Sequence record: OR545507.1 | Length of the DNA: 64,000 nt | Reading direction: 5' to 3' (one strand) | Part shown: positions 1 to 10,001 of the stretch, piece by piece | Layout of the letters: every line of letters starts with the position of its first letter | Numbering within the stretch: the first letter of the stretch is position 1 | Position numbers and translations under genes: made by a program | The notes under the pieces: model-generated | Told to the model about the DNA's origin: nothing | The model's input: only the letters and a program-made list of their open reading frames with translations | Databases searched by the model: none

Positions 1-112
1 CTGTATACAGCCTCTGTATCTGTATCCATAATCAAATCACCTTTGTTTAAATTACAAAAGTACTGATAACTGTGCTTAAAAGAATGTACTGATATTAAAA
101 AATCAAATTCCA

Positions 113-490
113 TCACACTTCCCCTAGATTGAAATGATTACAAAAATCATCTTCACCAGTACTGCACCAGATATCTATACATTCCCTGTGAATACATTTA
201 ATTCTACGCTGTAATTCAATCATCTCTTCTAATGTACAGATGTACTTCTTATCAAATACTAATGCCGCCTGAAACAGTGCAGCATCATCAAGTACTGTAT
301 AGTCCAACATCTCGGTTGCTTTACCCCTAAACCCAGTACTAAAATCCATCAAATAAAAGTCAGCATTCCAGTACTTTAAAATCTTGTCCCTAGCGTAGTT
401 TAAATCACCCTTGTATAAGTTAGAGTGCGTAACTAACTCACCAGTGTACATCCATGTCCTTGCACAAAATTCATTATATTTTATTTCCAT
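113..490 (-). CDS. hypothetical protein, FQxSLV-motif family
   Basis: ORF; likely start MEIKYNEF at 490 (track start is a TTG); motif DDAALFQAALVFD. Confidence 0.7.
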   Translation of the reverse strand: MEIKYNEFCARTWMYTGELVTHSNLYKGDLNYARDKILKYWNADFYLMDFSTGFRGKATEMLDYTVLDDAALFQAALVFDKKYICTLEEMIELQRRIKCIHRECIDIWCSTGEDDFCNHFNLGEV

Positions 491-688
491 CTTAATCTCT
501 ACTATAATTAATAAGGTAAACTCCAATATAAGGAGAACGTTCGGCGGCGGGGTATTTTTTGTTTCAAGAAACATGAACTGTACTCTGAAAAACACAATAT
601 AAAACTTTATATTAAACATATACCTTAGCATGTTTTTCAGCGGAAATTTTTTTGACCCCCCCCTGCGGCCTGTCAAAATGAAACGTCT

Positions 689-913
689 CTATTTATTCAG
701 CCTAGAAACCTTGATTTCTTCAATCCTTTTCATTGCACAAAGCCTTCGACTCGTCCTCTCGTATATATTCAATACTCGCTGTAATGCATTATCTGTATTA
801 TCTGCAACTGCAATCTGAACCAAATATGTATCCTTCAAAATAGAATCCATCATGAATTCAAAACCTTTCACACTAAAGCAATATGCCACTTCCGGCTCTT
901 CAAACGTAATCAT
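689..913 (-). CDS. hypothetical protein
   Basis: ORF in co-directional packed run. Confidence 0.65.
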   Translation of the reverse strand: MITFEEPEVAYCFSVKGFEFMMDSILKDTYLVQIAVADNTDNALQRVLNIYERTSRRLCAMKRIEEIKVSRLNK

Positions 914-1109
914 AATTCCAATCCCCTATTCCCTCTAACCTTCTAAGATATCTTGCGTAAATTATTTCGAAATATCTGTGCAACGAAATTACGGATTGCT
1001 CATAATCATCATTCCTGTACATTGTGCATGTCAGAAAATCATTTAACCCAAAATCTAAACTGCACTTGAACTTCTCCTTTGCAATATCACTATTACTTGC
1101 ACTTTTCAT
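900..1109 (-). CDS. hypothetical protein
   Basis: ORF overlapping neighbour; likely start MKSASN. Confidence 0.6.
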   Translation of the reverse strand: MKSASNSDIAKEKFKCSLDFGLNDFLTCTMYRNDDYEQSVISLHRYFEIIYARYLRRLEGIGDWNYDYV

Positions 1110-1269
1110 AATAAACCCTTTGTACCGCATTGGTGTACTGTGAACTCAGCACCACTAATAGGTAATCTATATTGTAAGCACGATTTCCTCGTTGACTAGC
1201 ACGGCTGGAATAAAGAATATTATCCACATATGTATTGAACTGATCTTCAAATAACTCTTTCATCAGCAT
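1093..1269 (-). CDS. small hypothetical protein (58 aa, not in ORF track)
   Basis: hand translation MLMKELFEDQFNTYVDN...YYEKCK fills the gap. Confidence 0.5.
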   Translation of the reverse strand: MLMKELFEDQFNTYVDNILYSSRASQRGNRAYNIDYLLVVLSSQYTNAVQRVYYEKCK

Positions 1270-1291
1270 TATACCATCACATAATCATACA

Positions 1292-1843
1292 TCATACATT
1301 AACAACTTTATCGATGTAATCTTCTAACATATCAATATATCTGGTATTGGTTCTAACTAAAAGGTATGCAAATCCAGAAAACTCCTGTGTATAATGCTTT
1401 ACAGCGTACATACAACGAAGCTTATCATTGTCATACATTGTACTGTACTGAAACAAACTCTCGTCTGATAGCTCTAATAACGCTTGGGCTTCACTTCTCG
1501 TGAACTTCATAGGGTCATGTACTGCATCACAAAAACAAACCTGTGTCTCGCTATTGAAACCCTGTGATAGATATATACCTTCACACTCTGAACGCACCGA
1601 TACTGCATTATAACTATGTGTTGCCCCCATCATATCTGAACTCAAAACTAAAATCAACCCATTTTTATTTTTAATCAACAAATCTGACTTAAGGGATTTG
1701 ATCTCCGTATGGGAAATATCACCAAATCTTCCTGGGACTTCAAACTTATCAACGTTGTATACAATCTTTTGTACTTGCTCTTTTAAACGCTTAATTGCAC
1801 TTCTGTCTTTTTCTAATGTATCTAATAAACTCATTGAACTCAT
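1292..1843 (-). CDS. hypothetical protein, FQxSLV-motif family
   Basis: motif DESLFQYSTMYD; likely start MSSMSLL. Confidence 0.75.
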   Translation of the reverse strand: MSSMSLLDTLEKDRSAIKRLKEQVQKIVYNVDKFEVPGRFGDISHTEIKSLKSDLLIKNKNGLILVLSSDMMGATHSYNAVSVRSECEGIYLSQGFNSETQVCFCDAVHDPMKFTRSEAQALLELSDESLFQYSTMYDNDKLRCMYAVKHYTQEFSGFAYLLVRTNTRYIDMLEDYIDKVVNV

Positions 1844-1853
1844 TGTACTTTCC

Positions 1854-2198
1854 TTACATATTTGTACCGAACAAAACGGAACTTTGAATGCCATTAATCG
1901 ACACTTCATGTACATATATATTTTGTCTGAACAAAGGAACTAATTGAACTAAACTCGTTTGCATAATAATATGCATATGTACATTGTCATATGCCGTTTC
2001 GTATTGGAATCGTGCAGCTTCATCTTCTATGAAATTCGGAACTTGGACTGGATTCTCAAAATTTGTCCTTGTACTGAACTGTACATCATTGTCCTGTACC
2101 TTAATACCATATGAATTATCATTGTTATCAACTACATCAAATTCAATTAAACTACCATCTTTACTGACGTTTACTATATAAACCGAAAATCGACTCAT
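1854..2198 (-). CDS. hypothetical protein, FQxSLV-motif family
   Basis: motif DEAARFQYETAYD. Confidence 0.7.
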   Translation of the reverse strand: MSRFSVYIVNVSKDGSLIEFDVVDNNDNSYGIKVQDNDVQFSTRTNFENPVQVPNFIEDEAARFQYETAYDNVHMHIIMQTSLVQLVPLFRQNIYVHEVSINGIQSSVLFGTNM

Positions 2199-2710
2199 AA
2201 ACCTATTTCCTCTAAATCTTTGACAAATGTATCATAATCCGATAATGACAAAAATATGTCTGTACTGATGTTTTGACGTAATGTATTAAACAAATTATGT
2301 ACCTGTAATAAATCAGGTGCATAAATCAGGGATTGCTGGAAATACGATTCTTCTGTATCTAATATATCCCTGCACTCAATTTCACGAACTCGTTGGTATA
2401 TTGAATTTAATAATACATTTTCATCTTTGAGCATTGGAAGGTATCGGATGTACATGTGCTCCATCAACTCATCCTGGATTGAACCCCTGAACTGCAACAC
2501 GTATTCAAAACACATCACTACATCTTGTAGGTAATTGGCACTGTAATTATTGCTGTAAACAATCTTATGACTTCTGAACTCATCATCATTTCTGAACCAA
2601 TTGTCACCTACTTTGGTGTACTTATGACTAAGCTTCCCATCCTCCAACGCTCGAATGAACTTCATAATGTTAATTGCAAAATCATATGAATGATGCTTGT
2701 GTTGATGCAT
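2195..2710 (-). CDS. hypothetical protein, FQxSLV-motif family
   Basis: motif EESYFQQSLIY; ATGA overlap. Confidence 0.75.
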   Translation of the reverse strand: MHQHKHHSYDFAINIMKFIRALEDGKLSHKYTKVGDNWFRNDDEFRSHKIVYSNNYSANYLQDVVMCFEYVLQFRGSIQDELMEHMYIRYLPMLKDENVLLNSIYQRVREIECRDILDTEESYFQQSLIYAPDLLQVHNLFNTLRQNISTDIFLSLSDYDTFVKDLEEIGL

Positions 2711-2718
2711 TTTTTACC

Positions 2719-2913
2719 TCAATTCTGTCCGAAAAAATAACCAAAATGTTTAAAGCAAGAAAGCATTACTATGTTCATCACTCTATCATCAAATTCATCT
2801 TGTGTTTCTGCACATAATGTTTCACAGATATTCAAATGTAATAATTCAAGCTGGAAACTGTCGGTGAACCAATCAAACTTACGGTATTTTTGTTTAACAT
2901 CAACTGTAAGCAT
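2719..2913 (-). CDS. hypothetical protein
   Basis: ORF in packed run. Confidence 0.6.
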   Translation of the reverse strand: MLTVDVKQKYRKFDWFTDSFQLELLHLNICETLCAETQDEFDDRVMNIVMLSCFKHFGYFFGQN

Positions 2914-2914
2914 A

Positions 2915-3538
2915 CTATATATCCAACCCTTTTACAACATCTACGAAATGTTCAAACACTTCTTTTGAAAAATAACCACCTTCACAAAAAAGCATACTAA
3001 ACGGTGGCAGCATGTCCGATAACTCTTTAGCTAAATTGATTTCTGCTCTTAACTCTTGAACATCAATGATATCATGTACTAAAGATAATTGAAACATGAA
3101 TGCATCTACATCTTCATTCATTTCTGAATTGTAATATAACTCTTCAGGGAATTTGTCGGTTTCGTAATAATAAAAAACTTTATTGTTGAACACACCACTA
3201 ATAGGAACATCATTTTCATCTTTCTTTGAAATGTTTGTTTCCCATGACTCTATATTATTAGGAACAAAAAAATCATAGGCTGATTTTGAACCCTGTACTG
3301 AATCCAACTTTATTCCATAATATTCCGTATCCATGTATTTCTGCTGTAATGTAATACCACGTGTACTGACATTCACTTGGAATATATCATCTTTATCTGG
3401 AACACTAAATGGAATACATAACACTGAATTCTCAGGGTATTTGGCAATGAATGCATCCAGCACTTTATTAAGCACCGGAATGGCAATTTTACTGTACTGC
3501 ATCAAATCATACATTTTAATTCTGGTCATATCATTCAC
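2915..3538 (-). CDS. hypothetical protein, FQxSLV-motif family
   Basis: motif DAFMFQLSLVHD. Confidence 0.75.
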   Translation of the reverse strand: MNDMTRIKMYDLMQYSKIAIPVLNKVLDAFIAKYPENSVLCIPFSVPDKDDIFQVNVSTRGITLQQKYMDTEYYGIKLDSVQGSKSAYDFFVPNNIESWETNISKKDENDVPISGVFNNKVFYYYETDKFPEELYYNSEMNEDVDAFMFQLSLVHDIIDVQELRAEINLAKELSDMLPPFSMLFCEGGYFSKEVFEHFVDVVKGLDI

Positions 3539-4070
3539 CTGTGTATGTTTTCACCCTTAGCGATTCAAAATCCCATACATCACTGATTGTACCATTGTGC
3601 CTGTAATCATAATATTCTACTAATACATTATACAATAACTTCAACGATACAAATTCATGATTCCACGGAGCTTTATTGTCATGAACACATTTGGTGATAT
3701 AAGGTATAATATATAAACTAAACAACACTAATGGTGAATGTATACATTGCATTTGAAAATATTCTTCTTCTTGCATACAATGTTCAGGAATAATTAGATC
3801 ATAATGTGTCTCAAATAAATGTAAACCTATTGTGGTTTTTTTCGTATCACATGCGTACCATATTGTACTATCCGAAATAAATGGAATGATACCATTATTG
3901 TTTGCAATGTACATCATATGGTAAGAGCGATTTGTCTTGTTAAATATCTCGATACTTTCGATATTACTACAAATCATGTATTCAAGGCAATCAATGATCT
4001 TATCTTTAAATGTACCAATTTCATTGAATGACATTGCTTTCTGTACTTTTGATACTGTTGTACTGCTCAT
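3531..4070 (-). CDS. hypothetical protein, FQxSLV-motif family
   Basis: motif EEEYFQMQCIH. Confidence 0.75.
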   Translation of the reverse strand: MSSTTVSKVQKAMSFNEIGTFKDKIIDCLEYMICSNIESIEIFNKTNRSYHMMYIANNNGIIPFISDSTIWYACDTKKTTIGLHLFETHYDLIIPEHCMQEEEYFQMQCIHSPLVLFSLYIIPYITKCVHDNKAPWNHEFVSLKLLYNVLVEYYDYRHNGTISDVWDFESLRVKTYTGE

Positions 4071-4579
4071 ATGTTCTCCTTAAAAAAATCCAAATACTCT
4101 TCATTGAAAGCATATGTATCATCTTTTATGTTATGCACCACATAATCATAAAGAGCTATGAATGCAGGGATTATGATCTTACATGATTTATTATTGTATT
4201 TGTACTGCTCCAAATCAACGGTGTTCAATTTAGCAATAAGCATAGCAGCAAAGATATCTTCATGGCGGTGTACTGTGCTGTACTGAAAATACTCATCCTC
4301 TCCAATATCGGGATGATATAACGGTATAACCAAATTATTACGAATTGACATTTTATATTTTTGTAATGCAGCTAAATGCATGAACCACAATCTATCTTCA
4401 TGGAAAGATGGAAAAATAATTTTGTCTGTGCTAATAAAAATTTCTTCATTTCGATTATTTGTCACAAGAGGTGCATACATTTTAATTTTTGCAGATTTAA
4501 TAATTAAATTAAAAATATAATGAATCTTATGAACTGCACTTGATGCATCTTCGTATGTACTTGGGATTATGAAACTCAC
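4067..4579 (-). CDS. hypothetical protein, FQxSLV-motif family
   Basis: AAGGAG RBS then GTG at 4579; motif EDEYFQYSTVH. Confidence 0.75.
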   Translation of the reverse strand: MSFIIPSTYEDASSAVHKIHYIFNLIIKSAKIKMYAPLVTNNRNEEIFISTDKIIFPSFHEDRLWFMHLAALQKYKMSIRNNLVIPLYHPDIGEDEYFQYSTVHRHEDIFAAMLIAKLNTVDLEQYKYNNKSCKIIIPAFIALYDYVVHNIKDDTYAFNEEYLDFFKENI

Positions 4580-4606
4580 TATATGTTCTCCTTTAAAATG
4601 AATACA

Positions 4607-4636
4607 CATGATAACAGCTTTGGTCTTCTATGTCAA
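4607..4636 (-). promoter_or_regulatory. sigma70-type promoter
   Basis: TTGACA-N17-TATCAT on minus strand upstream of the 4067 gene. Confidence 0.55.
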
Positions 4637-4661
4637 TACCAAAACGAAAAAAGCCCATATC

Positions 4662-5168
4662 TTACGATACAGGCGTTATGGGCATGTTGATTTGAATTTC
4701 ATTGTACAAATCATCAATATATAGACATGAAAAAAACACACTATCTTGTACTATATTGTTGTGATAAAGCATTTTAAATACTACATAAAAAAATAAATCA
4801 ATATCATCGTGGACTAAATTCTGCTGGAACCACCACTCGTCTGTTAAATCTTGTGCATTAAAATCATCAGGAACTTCAATGAACGACATATCACAATCTT
4901 CTTTGTACTCAAACCACATGTCGTCATTCGGATAACGTTCATGCTTCTCTGGGTAACAATTGCTGGGATTAAATGTTAAAATATTAAACCCCGTAGAGCA
5001 ACGTTCTTTATTTAAAAATGTATTATTCCATACCTGATATTTTTCACCAACATCAAGCTCTTCTGTTACTGATTTTATTGCACATAATGTACTGTATATT
5101 GTTTCTATCTTGTGAACATATTTAAATGCAGCATCTAAGCTGAACTCTAAATCATACATGTACTGCAT
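4662..5168 (-). CDS. hypothetical protein, FQxSLV-motif family
   Basis: motif DEWWFQQNLVHD. Confidence 0.75.
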   Translation of the reverse strand: MQYMYDLEFSLDAAFKYVHKIETIYSTLCAIKSVTEELDVGEKYQVWNNTFLNKERCSTGFNILTFNPSNCYPEKHERYPNDDMWFEYKEDCDMSFIEVPDDFNAQDLTDEWWFQQNLVHDDIDLFFYVVFKMLYHNNIVQDSVFFSCLYIDDLYNEIQINMPITPVS

Positions 5169-5488
5169 AAAATTACCTCAACTAAAGCAAGAACTGTATT
5201 AAATTCAACTATACTTGTAATTCCTTGAAGGTACATGTACTTTGCTACTACATATTTCTGTACTAAATTATAATTATTAAATTCCTCAAAATTGTAATTT
5301 AGAACAAAATCTGTACTCAAAAATATCTTATGCATCTCTAATGCACTTTGATAATACGCGTACAACTCACGGATATCAATACTGGTTAAATTATATTGTT
5401 CATATCTATGATACGGGATGGCTTCAATTTCAATACTATAAAACCATTCTCTTAACTTATTAATATCAAATGTATTATTCAGCTTCAT
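5147..5488 (-). CDS. hypothetical protein
   Basis: ORF overlapping neighbours. Confidence 0.65.
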   Translation of the reverse strand: MKLNNTFDINKLREWFYSIEIEAIPYHRYEQYNLTSIDIRELYAYYQSALEMHKIFLSTDFVLNYNFEEFNNYNLVQKYVVAKYMYLQGITSIVEFNTVLALVEVILCSTCMI

Positions 5489-6041
5489 AACTCAATACCT
5501 CCATTAAACACTCATACACACCATCAATCGCATAAGCACAAAAATTGAAATTAATTTTGTGATTCTTGTGTAATGGACTATTGTGTACTGTACTCATTAT
5601 GACATTATAAAATAACAAACGCACTGGTACAAGCATTGAACCTTGGAAAAATTCTTCCTCTGATTTATATGTATTGTACTCTATTGTTTTGTTCGTTTCT
5701 TTATCATATGTTACCATTACTAATGGGGAATTTTTATTATACCATGCGTACTCTAAATCATTCTTTCCAATAACAGCACCAGGTGCGAAATCCAAAAGAC
5801 CAATAACACTACGGGCATTTGGTATATCTGGTGTATTGAATCGTTTATCAAAATGACTCGTGCACGCAATATATGTATTGTACTTCGATGGAATAATACC
5901 AATACATTTGTGGAAATGACGCTTGTGATATTTCTGGGCATTATATAAGGATGCAACAATACAAGCTAACTTTTGTCCCATAAGGATTGCATTAGCGTAG
6001 GTGTACTGAATTTCATTGCTGGTACGGTACTTCGAGGTCAT
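5475..6041 (-). CDS. hypothetical protein, FQxSLV-motif family
   Basis: motif EEEFFQGSMLV. Confidence 0.75.
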   Translation of the reverse strand: MTSKYRTSNEIQYTYANAILMGQKLACIVASLYNAQKYHKRHFHKCIGIIPSKYNTYIACTSHFDKRFNTPDIPNARSVIGLLDFAPGAVIGKNDLEYAWYNKNSPLVMVTYDKETNKTIEYNTYKSEEEFFQGSMLVPVRLLFYNVIMSTVHNSPLHKNHKINFNFCAYAIDGVYECLMEVLSYEAE

Positions 6042-6324
6042 AATATTTCCTTTGCCATATCATGGGCTTAAAATCAATAACAGCTTTCTGTATCTTTTTT
6101 AATAATAAGACATCATAACCACCCGTGTCAATCACTAATTGCTGTTGGAACAATTCTTCATCGGATAATGTATTGAAATCTACAAAATAATCTGTAACTA
6201 TCGAATCATTTAAATGTGCCATGTACCAACCTGAACTTCTTGAATAAATCAAATTCCACCCATCGTCATCATCTTCTAATTCAACATAAATCATATCTGG
6301 GGTATACATCATTTTATACTTCAT
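6013..6324 (-). CDS. hypothetical protein, FQxSLV-motif family
   Basis: motif DEELFQQQLVID. Confidence 0.75.
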   Translation of the reverse strand: MKYKMMYTPDMIYVELEDDDDGWNLIYSRSSGWYMAHLNDSIVTDYFVDFNTLSDEELFQQQLVIDTGGYDVLLLKKIQKAVIDFKPMIWQRKYYDLEVPYQQ

Positions 6325-6862
6325 AACTATATCCTTGCATTAATAAATCATAAACTACATGGACTAAATTTAATTGAATATAAAATTTTAAACCTTTAAT
6401 TAATGAATTCAAATGCATTGTACTGAATAACATTAGATACATCATCTCATGCGGTTTTGTGATTAATGATTTTTGAAATACGCCAGCTTCATCATAAGGG
6501 TCTATGAACTGAAATTTGTCTTCATCATAATTTGTATTGGAATGCTGATATATAAAATAATCATCATTGGTATTGTACCACAAATATCCTTCGAATCCTG
6601 TACTAACATCTTTGGTCAATGGGGATGCTGATACTGGATTTGAACTGATTAATGCACCTACATCAACAATCCCCGTTGTATCATATTCGATTTCAACATC
6701 AATATCAATGTATTTCCTTGCGATATCTGCGTTTATGGACAAATATAAACTACCACCTGTCCTCTGACTCAGGATTCCATCTATATGCGATATAGGATGG
6801 TTGTTATTGAGGATAAGCATTATTGTACTTATCTTGTGTGCTAATAACTCTATCTCATTCAT
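6314..6862 (-). CDS. hypothetical protein, FQxSLV-motif family
   Basis: motif EAGVFQKSLIT. Confidence 0.75.
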   Translation of the reverse strand: MNEIELLAHKISTIMLILNNNHPISHIDGILSQRTGGSLYLSINADIARKYIDIDVEIEYDTTGIVDVGALISSNPVSASPLTKDVSTGFEGYLWYNTNDDYFIYQHSNTNYDEDKFQFIDPYDEAGVFQKSLITKPHEMMYLMLFSTMHLNSLIKGLKFYIQLNLVHVVYDLLMQGYSYEV

Positions 6863-7062
6863 AATTTACCTATCGATGGATACCTAGGATTTGTAGGATG
6901 TAAAATCCTGTCCTGTACTGAAAGGTGCTCAAATGTAATTAAACTCAAATAATAATCGTAATTATCAATACCACCCTTCAAATGTATATTGTAATACATC
7001 TTAATACTATCTAATAATGAATCCTGTAATGCATTTAATGTTATCGTATTAATCTTTTGCAT
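6859..7062 (-). CDS. hypothetical protein
   Basis: ORF, ATGA overlap. Confidence 0.6.
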   Translation of the reverse strand: MQKINTITLNALQDSLLDSIKMYYNIHLKGGIDNYDYYLSLITFEHLSVQDRILHPTNPRYPSIGKL

Positions 7063-7210
7063 TAATGTTCTTCTCTTAAAAATCGTTTGATAGCATAATC
7101 TAAATAAAATTCATAACACATGCTATCTCTGTTCTTTATCCATATTTTGTAATCGGATTTTATATTACGCAACAAATAATTTGTATTAATTGTGTAATAA
7201 TCTAATCGCC

Positions 7211-7603
7211 CTAATCTTTCCATTTAATAGGATACTCCTTTCCTTGTACTATATATGACAAAATCCATCCGTAATGAATAGGATGATTTTTGTCTGAATC
7301 AGGAATAAAATATAAAGCTGTACTTGGATTATGACTGAATAAATCTTTATTGTCAAATGTAAAATGTGATAATATAATTTTCCTTGCACTTGGACGAATA
7401 ACATTCTTAACACTGAACTCTGAACCTTTGTATTTCTCCGATAATTCAAATAATGCATCTGTAATTAAATCACTGATCTCTTGGATTACAAAATTCTGAT
7501 AAAATGCATTAATCTCTTTTAACTCTGTATACAATTCACTTCTGGTATTCAAAAGAAATATTACTTTTTTAAGATCCTGAACTATTTCTGGATTCATATT
7601 CAT
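7211..7603 (-). CDS. hypothetical protein
   Basis: ORF in packed run. Confidence 0.7.
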   Translation of the reverse strand: MNMNPEIVQDLKKVIFLLNTRSELYTELKEINAFYQNFVIQEISDLITDALFELSEKYKGSEFSVKNVIRPSARKIILSHFTFDNKDLFSHNPSTALYFIPDSDKNHPIHYGWILSYIVQGKEYPIKWKD

Positions 7604-7835
7604 TTATCTCATTCTGTAACTTAAGCATCAAAATTTGCATATTAATTTTTTGTAAAAGGTGCTTGATAAATTTCTGTGCCATTTCTTCTTGTTCTTTTGT
7701 ACCAAGATAAAATAACAGATTAAATTCTGATAATCGCAAAGAAAAATCTTCATCACCACCCTTTAAACAAAAATCCCTGTACTTTGTAGCGTACAAATAT
7801 TGGTTTACCTTTTTATAATACCCTGTGTTTTGCAT
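7569..7835 (-). CDS. GTxxQE-family small protein (outlier copy)
   Basis: LFYLGTKEQEE. Confidence 0.7.
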   Translation of the reverse strand: MQNTGYYKKVNQYLYATKYRDFCLKGGDEDFSLRLSEFNLLFYLGTKEQEEMAQKFIKHLLQKINMQILMLKLQNEINEYESRNSSGS

Positions 7836-8023
7836 ACTATCTCCGTTCGCAACGAATTTATATAATAATGAACAAATTGTTCTTGTGAACGTGTTCCAAG
7901 AAAAATAAACATATCAAACTCTGTTGTTTTTAAATTCAATGCATCTTTTGTAAAATTCCTGTTGAATTCCCTGTACTTTTGGGTCTTCCATTCTTGATTA
8001 ATTGTCTTGTATATCGATTTCAA
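7805..8023 (-). CDS. GTxxQE-family small protein (outlier copy)
   Basis: FIFLGTRSQEQ. Confidence 0.7.
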   Translation of the reverse strand: MKSIYKTINQEWKTQKYREFNRNFTKDALNLKTTEFDMFIFLGTRSQEQFVHYYINSLRTEIVCKTQGIIKR

Positions 8024-8324
8024 TGATTCTCCCTGATGTACCTTGTATTAGCTTATCATACATATCGAGCATCACTTTTTGAATACTAATTAGTACTGGC
8101 ATCGTGCAAATATCAATGTCGTATACTAAGCTGTACTGGAATAATTCATCTTCCTGCATTTGTACTAAATTAGGTAAAGGATAATTGTCTGCCTCTTCAT
8201 CCTGGTACTTGAAATGCATAACACCATCCTTTTTGTACAAAAGAATGTCAATATCACCTAACTCATCAGCATAACCAAAAATACATATACTCGATGTTTT
8301 TGCTATATTAAATTTCATCTCCAC
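7998..8324 (-). CDS. hypothetical protein, FQxSLV-motif family
   Basis: motif EDELFQYSLVYD. Confidence 0.75.
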   Translation of the reverse strand: MEMKFNIAKTSSICIFGYADELGDIDILLYKKDGVMHFKYQDEEADNYPLPNLVQMQEDELFQYSLVYDIDICTMPVLISIQKVMLDMYDKLIQGTSGRIIEIDIQDN

Positions 8325-8560
8325 CTCTCTCCGTCAGCACAAGAGTACTGGTACGTTGTCGTTAGGGTAGGGACCATGTTTGTAATGGGCATATTATTAA
8401 CAATAACGGTAACAGGCATAAGAATCGTCTCTACTCTACTCTGTCCTGTCCTTGTACAATTCATCTTCTGCATTTCATCTGAATCCATGAAATACAATAC
8501 AAATGGTGCAATCCCAAGAACAATACACAAGACGATAAGGAAATTTAAAAAATTTAACAT
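8315..8560 (-). CDS. small membrane-anchored protein
   Basis: hydrophobic N-terminus FLIVLCIVLGIAPFVLYF. Confidence 0.65.
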   Translation of the reverse strand: MLNFLNFLIVLCIVLGIAPFVLYFMDSDEMQKMNCTRTGQSRVETILMPVTVIVNNMPITNMVPTLTTTYQYSCADGERWR

Positions 8561-8586
8561 AATTTTTACCCTATGATTAACGTTAG

Positions 8587-8617
8587 TGTACTATATCAGT
8601 AATGAAAAGTACTGTCA
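8587..8617 (-). promoter_or_regulatory. sigma70-type promoter
   Basis: TTGACA-N17-TATAGT with AGTACT next to the -35; coordinates approximate. Confidence 0.65.
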
Positions 8618-8619
8618 AG

Positions 8620-9024
8620 CTAGTATTGCACTGTTCTAATGAAAGTACCTTTACTCATGGATTTAAGCTTATGAACCTCTTCCTGCATACCCTTAATTAA
8701 CCCTAAAGGTATAGGTAAATCATGTACTAAGCTGTACTGAAAGTATTCTTCTTCAGATAAAGTACTAACATCTGGAACGCCAATTTTAGTTATATAATCT
8801 TGATGTGTTGACCAATAAATTATATCTTCAGTACTATTGTACTCCCCATATACTGAACAATATTGATGAATATCTTTCCTGTACCCTTGAGCAATAAAGA
8901 ACTTATCTAATGCATTACCAGCATTAATAGAATTTACTTCGATTGTCACAGTACTTGAGCTTGTATAACTCTTAATATTATCAGTACTCTTAATACTCAA
9001 CGATGTGTTCTTCATAATCACCAT
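8620..9024 (-). CDS. hypothetical protein, FQxSLV-motif family
   Basis: motif EEEYFQYSLVHD. Confidence 0.75.
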   Translation of the reverse strand: MVIMKNTSLSIKSTDNIKSYTSSSTVTIEVNSINAGNALDKFFIAQGYRKDIHQYCSVYGEYNSTEDIIYWSTHQDYITKIGVPDVSTLSEEEYFQYSLVHDLPIPLGLIKGMQEEVHKLKSMSKGTFIRTVQY

Positions 9025-9334
9025 TAGGCTCCTGTTTAGATTCTTTCATTAGTACTATCATCTTATGTACTAATGGCATAGGGAACTCTAAATCCCATAC
9101 TAATGATTCCTGGAAGTATTCCTCTGGTGATAAAGTACTTAAATCTTTAATATCAACGTGCTTGTATATTTTATTTTCGTAATTAACAAATGATATATAT
9201 AAATCACTAACATAAGAATCATAGGTAATTGTGAATGGCTTACCCTTGTAATCCATTACATCTCTACATAGACTACTTTTGATATATGTATGTTCAAATG
9301 ATTTATATACCTTGAGTTGTATATTAGTTTTCAT
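8990..9334 (-). CDS. hypothetical protein, FQxSLV-motif family
   Basis: motif PEEYFQESLVWD; C-terminal part similar to 8620 gene. Confidence 0.75.
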   Translation of the reverse strand: MKTNIQLKVYKSFEHTYIKSSLCRDVMDYKGKPFTITYDSYVSDLYISFVNYENKIYKHVDIKDLSTLSPEEYFQESLVWDLEFPMPLVHKMIVLMKESKQEPNGDYEEHIVEY

Positions 9335-9599
9335 ATTTCTCTTTATTAGCTTGTTTGGTTTTATAGTGAATTAAATCTATTAATGTAATCAAGTACAACG
9401 TCAAATAGTACTCTTGTTGATCTGTACCTAATGATACAAAGAACTTGTGCTCATAGATTAAAACCTGTTTCTCTTCAAATGGACATTTAATCCTCTGTAT
9501 AGGCTTAAGTAAATGATAGTACTTATTAAATCTATGATACATTTCTAGTTCTGTCAGTACTTTCATATTAAACACATACTCCATTAGCTGTAGCATCAC
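9324..9599 (-). CDS. GTxxQE-family small protein
   Basis: SLGTDQQE. Confidence 0.75.
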   Translation of the reverse strand: MMLQLMEYVFNMKVLTELEMYHRFNKYYHLLKPIQRIKCPFEEKQVLIYEHKFFVSLGTDQQEYYLTLYLITLIDLIHYKTKQANKEKYEN

Positions 9600-9789
9600 G
9601 TAAAGCTGTCAAATACTTCTGTACGGCTTGCTCTTGCTTATTTGTACCTAAAAGTATATACATCCATAATTCACTGTAATGTACATCTTGTGTATAAGGG
9701 TCATTGTAACTTTTTGATAATATAGCATCAAATTCAGATGCATGAACCCTTGTGAACTTAAGAATATCTTGTTGTGTTATGATTCTCAT
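9568..9789 (-). CDS. GTxxQE-family small protein
   Basis: LLGTNKQE. Confidence 0.8.
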   Translation of the reverse strand: MRIITQQDILKFTRVHASEFDAILSKSYNDPYTQDVHYSELWMYILLGTNKQEQAVQKYLTALRDATANGVCV

Positions 9790-10001
9790 ATCTTTTCCTG
9801 TACAATCTGTATAAGAATACCTATGTGTGAATTAACAGTTCTCTCTTGATGCTGTGTTCCTAAGAGTGTCAGTACTATCATATCTGAACGCAAAAGATTT
9901 TTTTCAAGTTCACTTATATCAGTTCTTGAATCAAGTGCCATATATTTGTGATTATTCTTCCTGAATAGTGCCAAGTACTCTTGGTTTGATATTATCTTCA
10001 T
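9786..10001 (-). CDS. GTxxQE-family small protein
   Basis: LLGTQHQE. Confidence 0.8.
   Translation of the reverse strand: MKIISNQEYLALFRKNNHKYMALDSRTDISELEKNLLRSDMIVLTLLGTQHQERTVNSHIGILIQIVQEKI

Noticed and set aside
646-680. TTTTGAC...GTCAAAA inverted repeat with a C-run loop
   Set aside because: Single occurrence, no matching -10 at normal spacing, and not enough evidence for a function.
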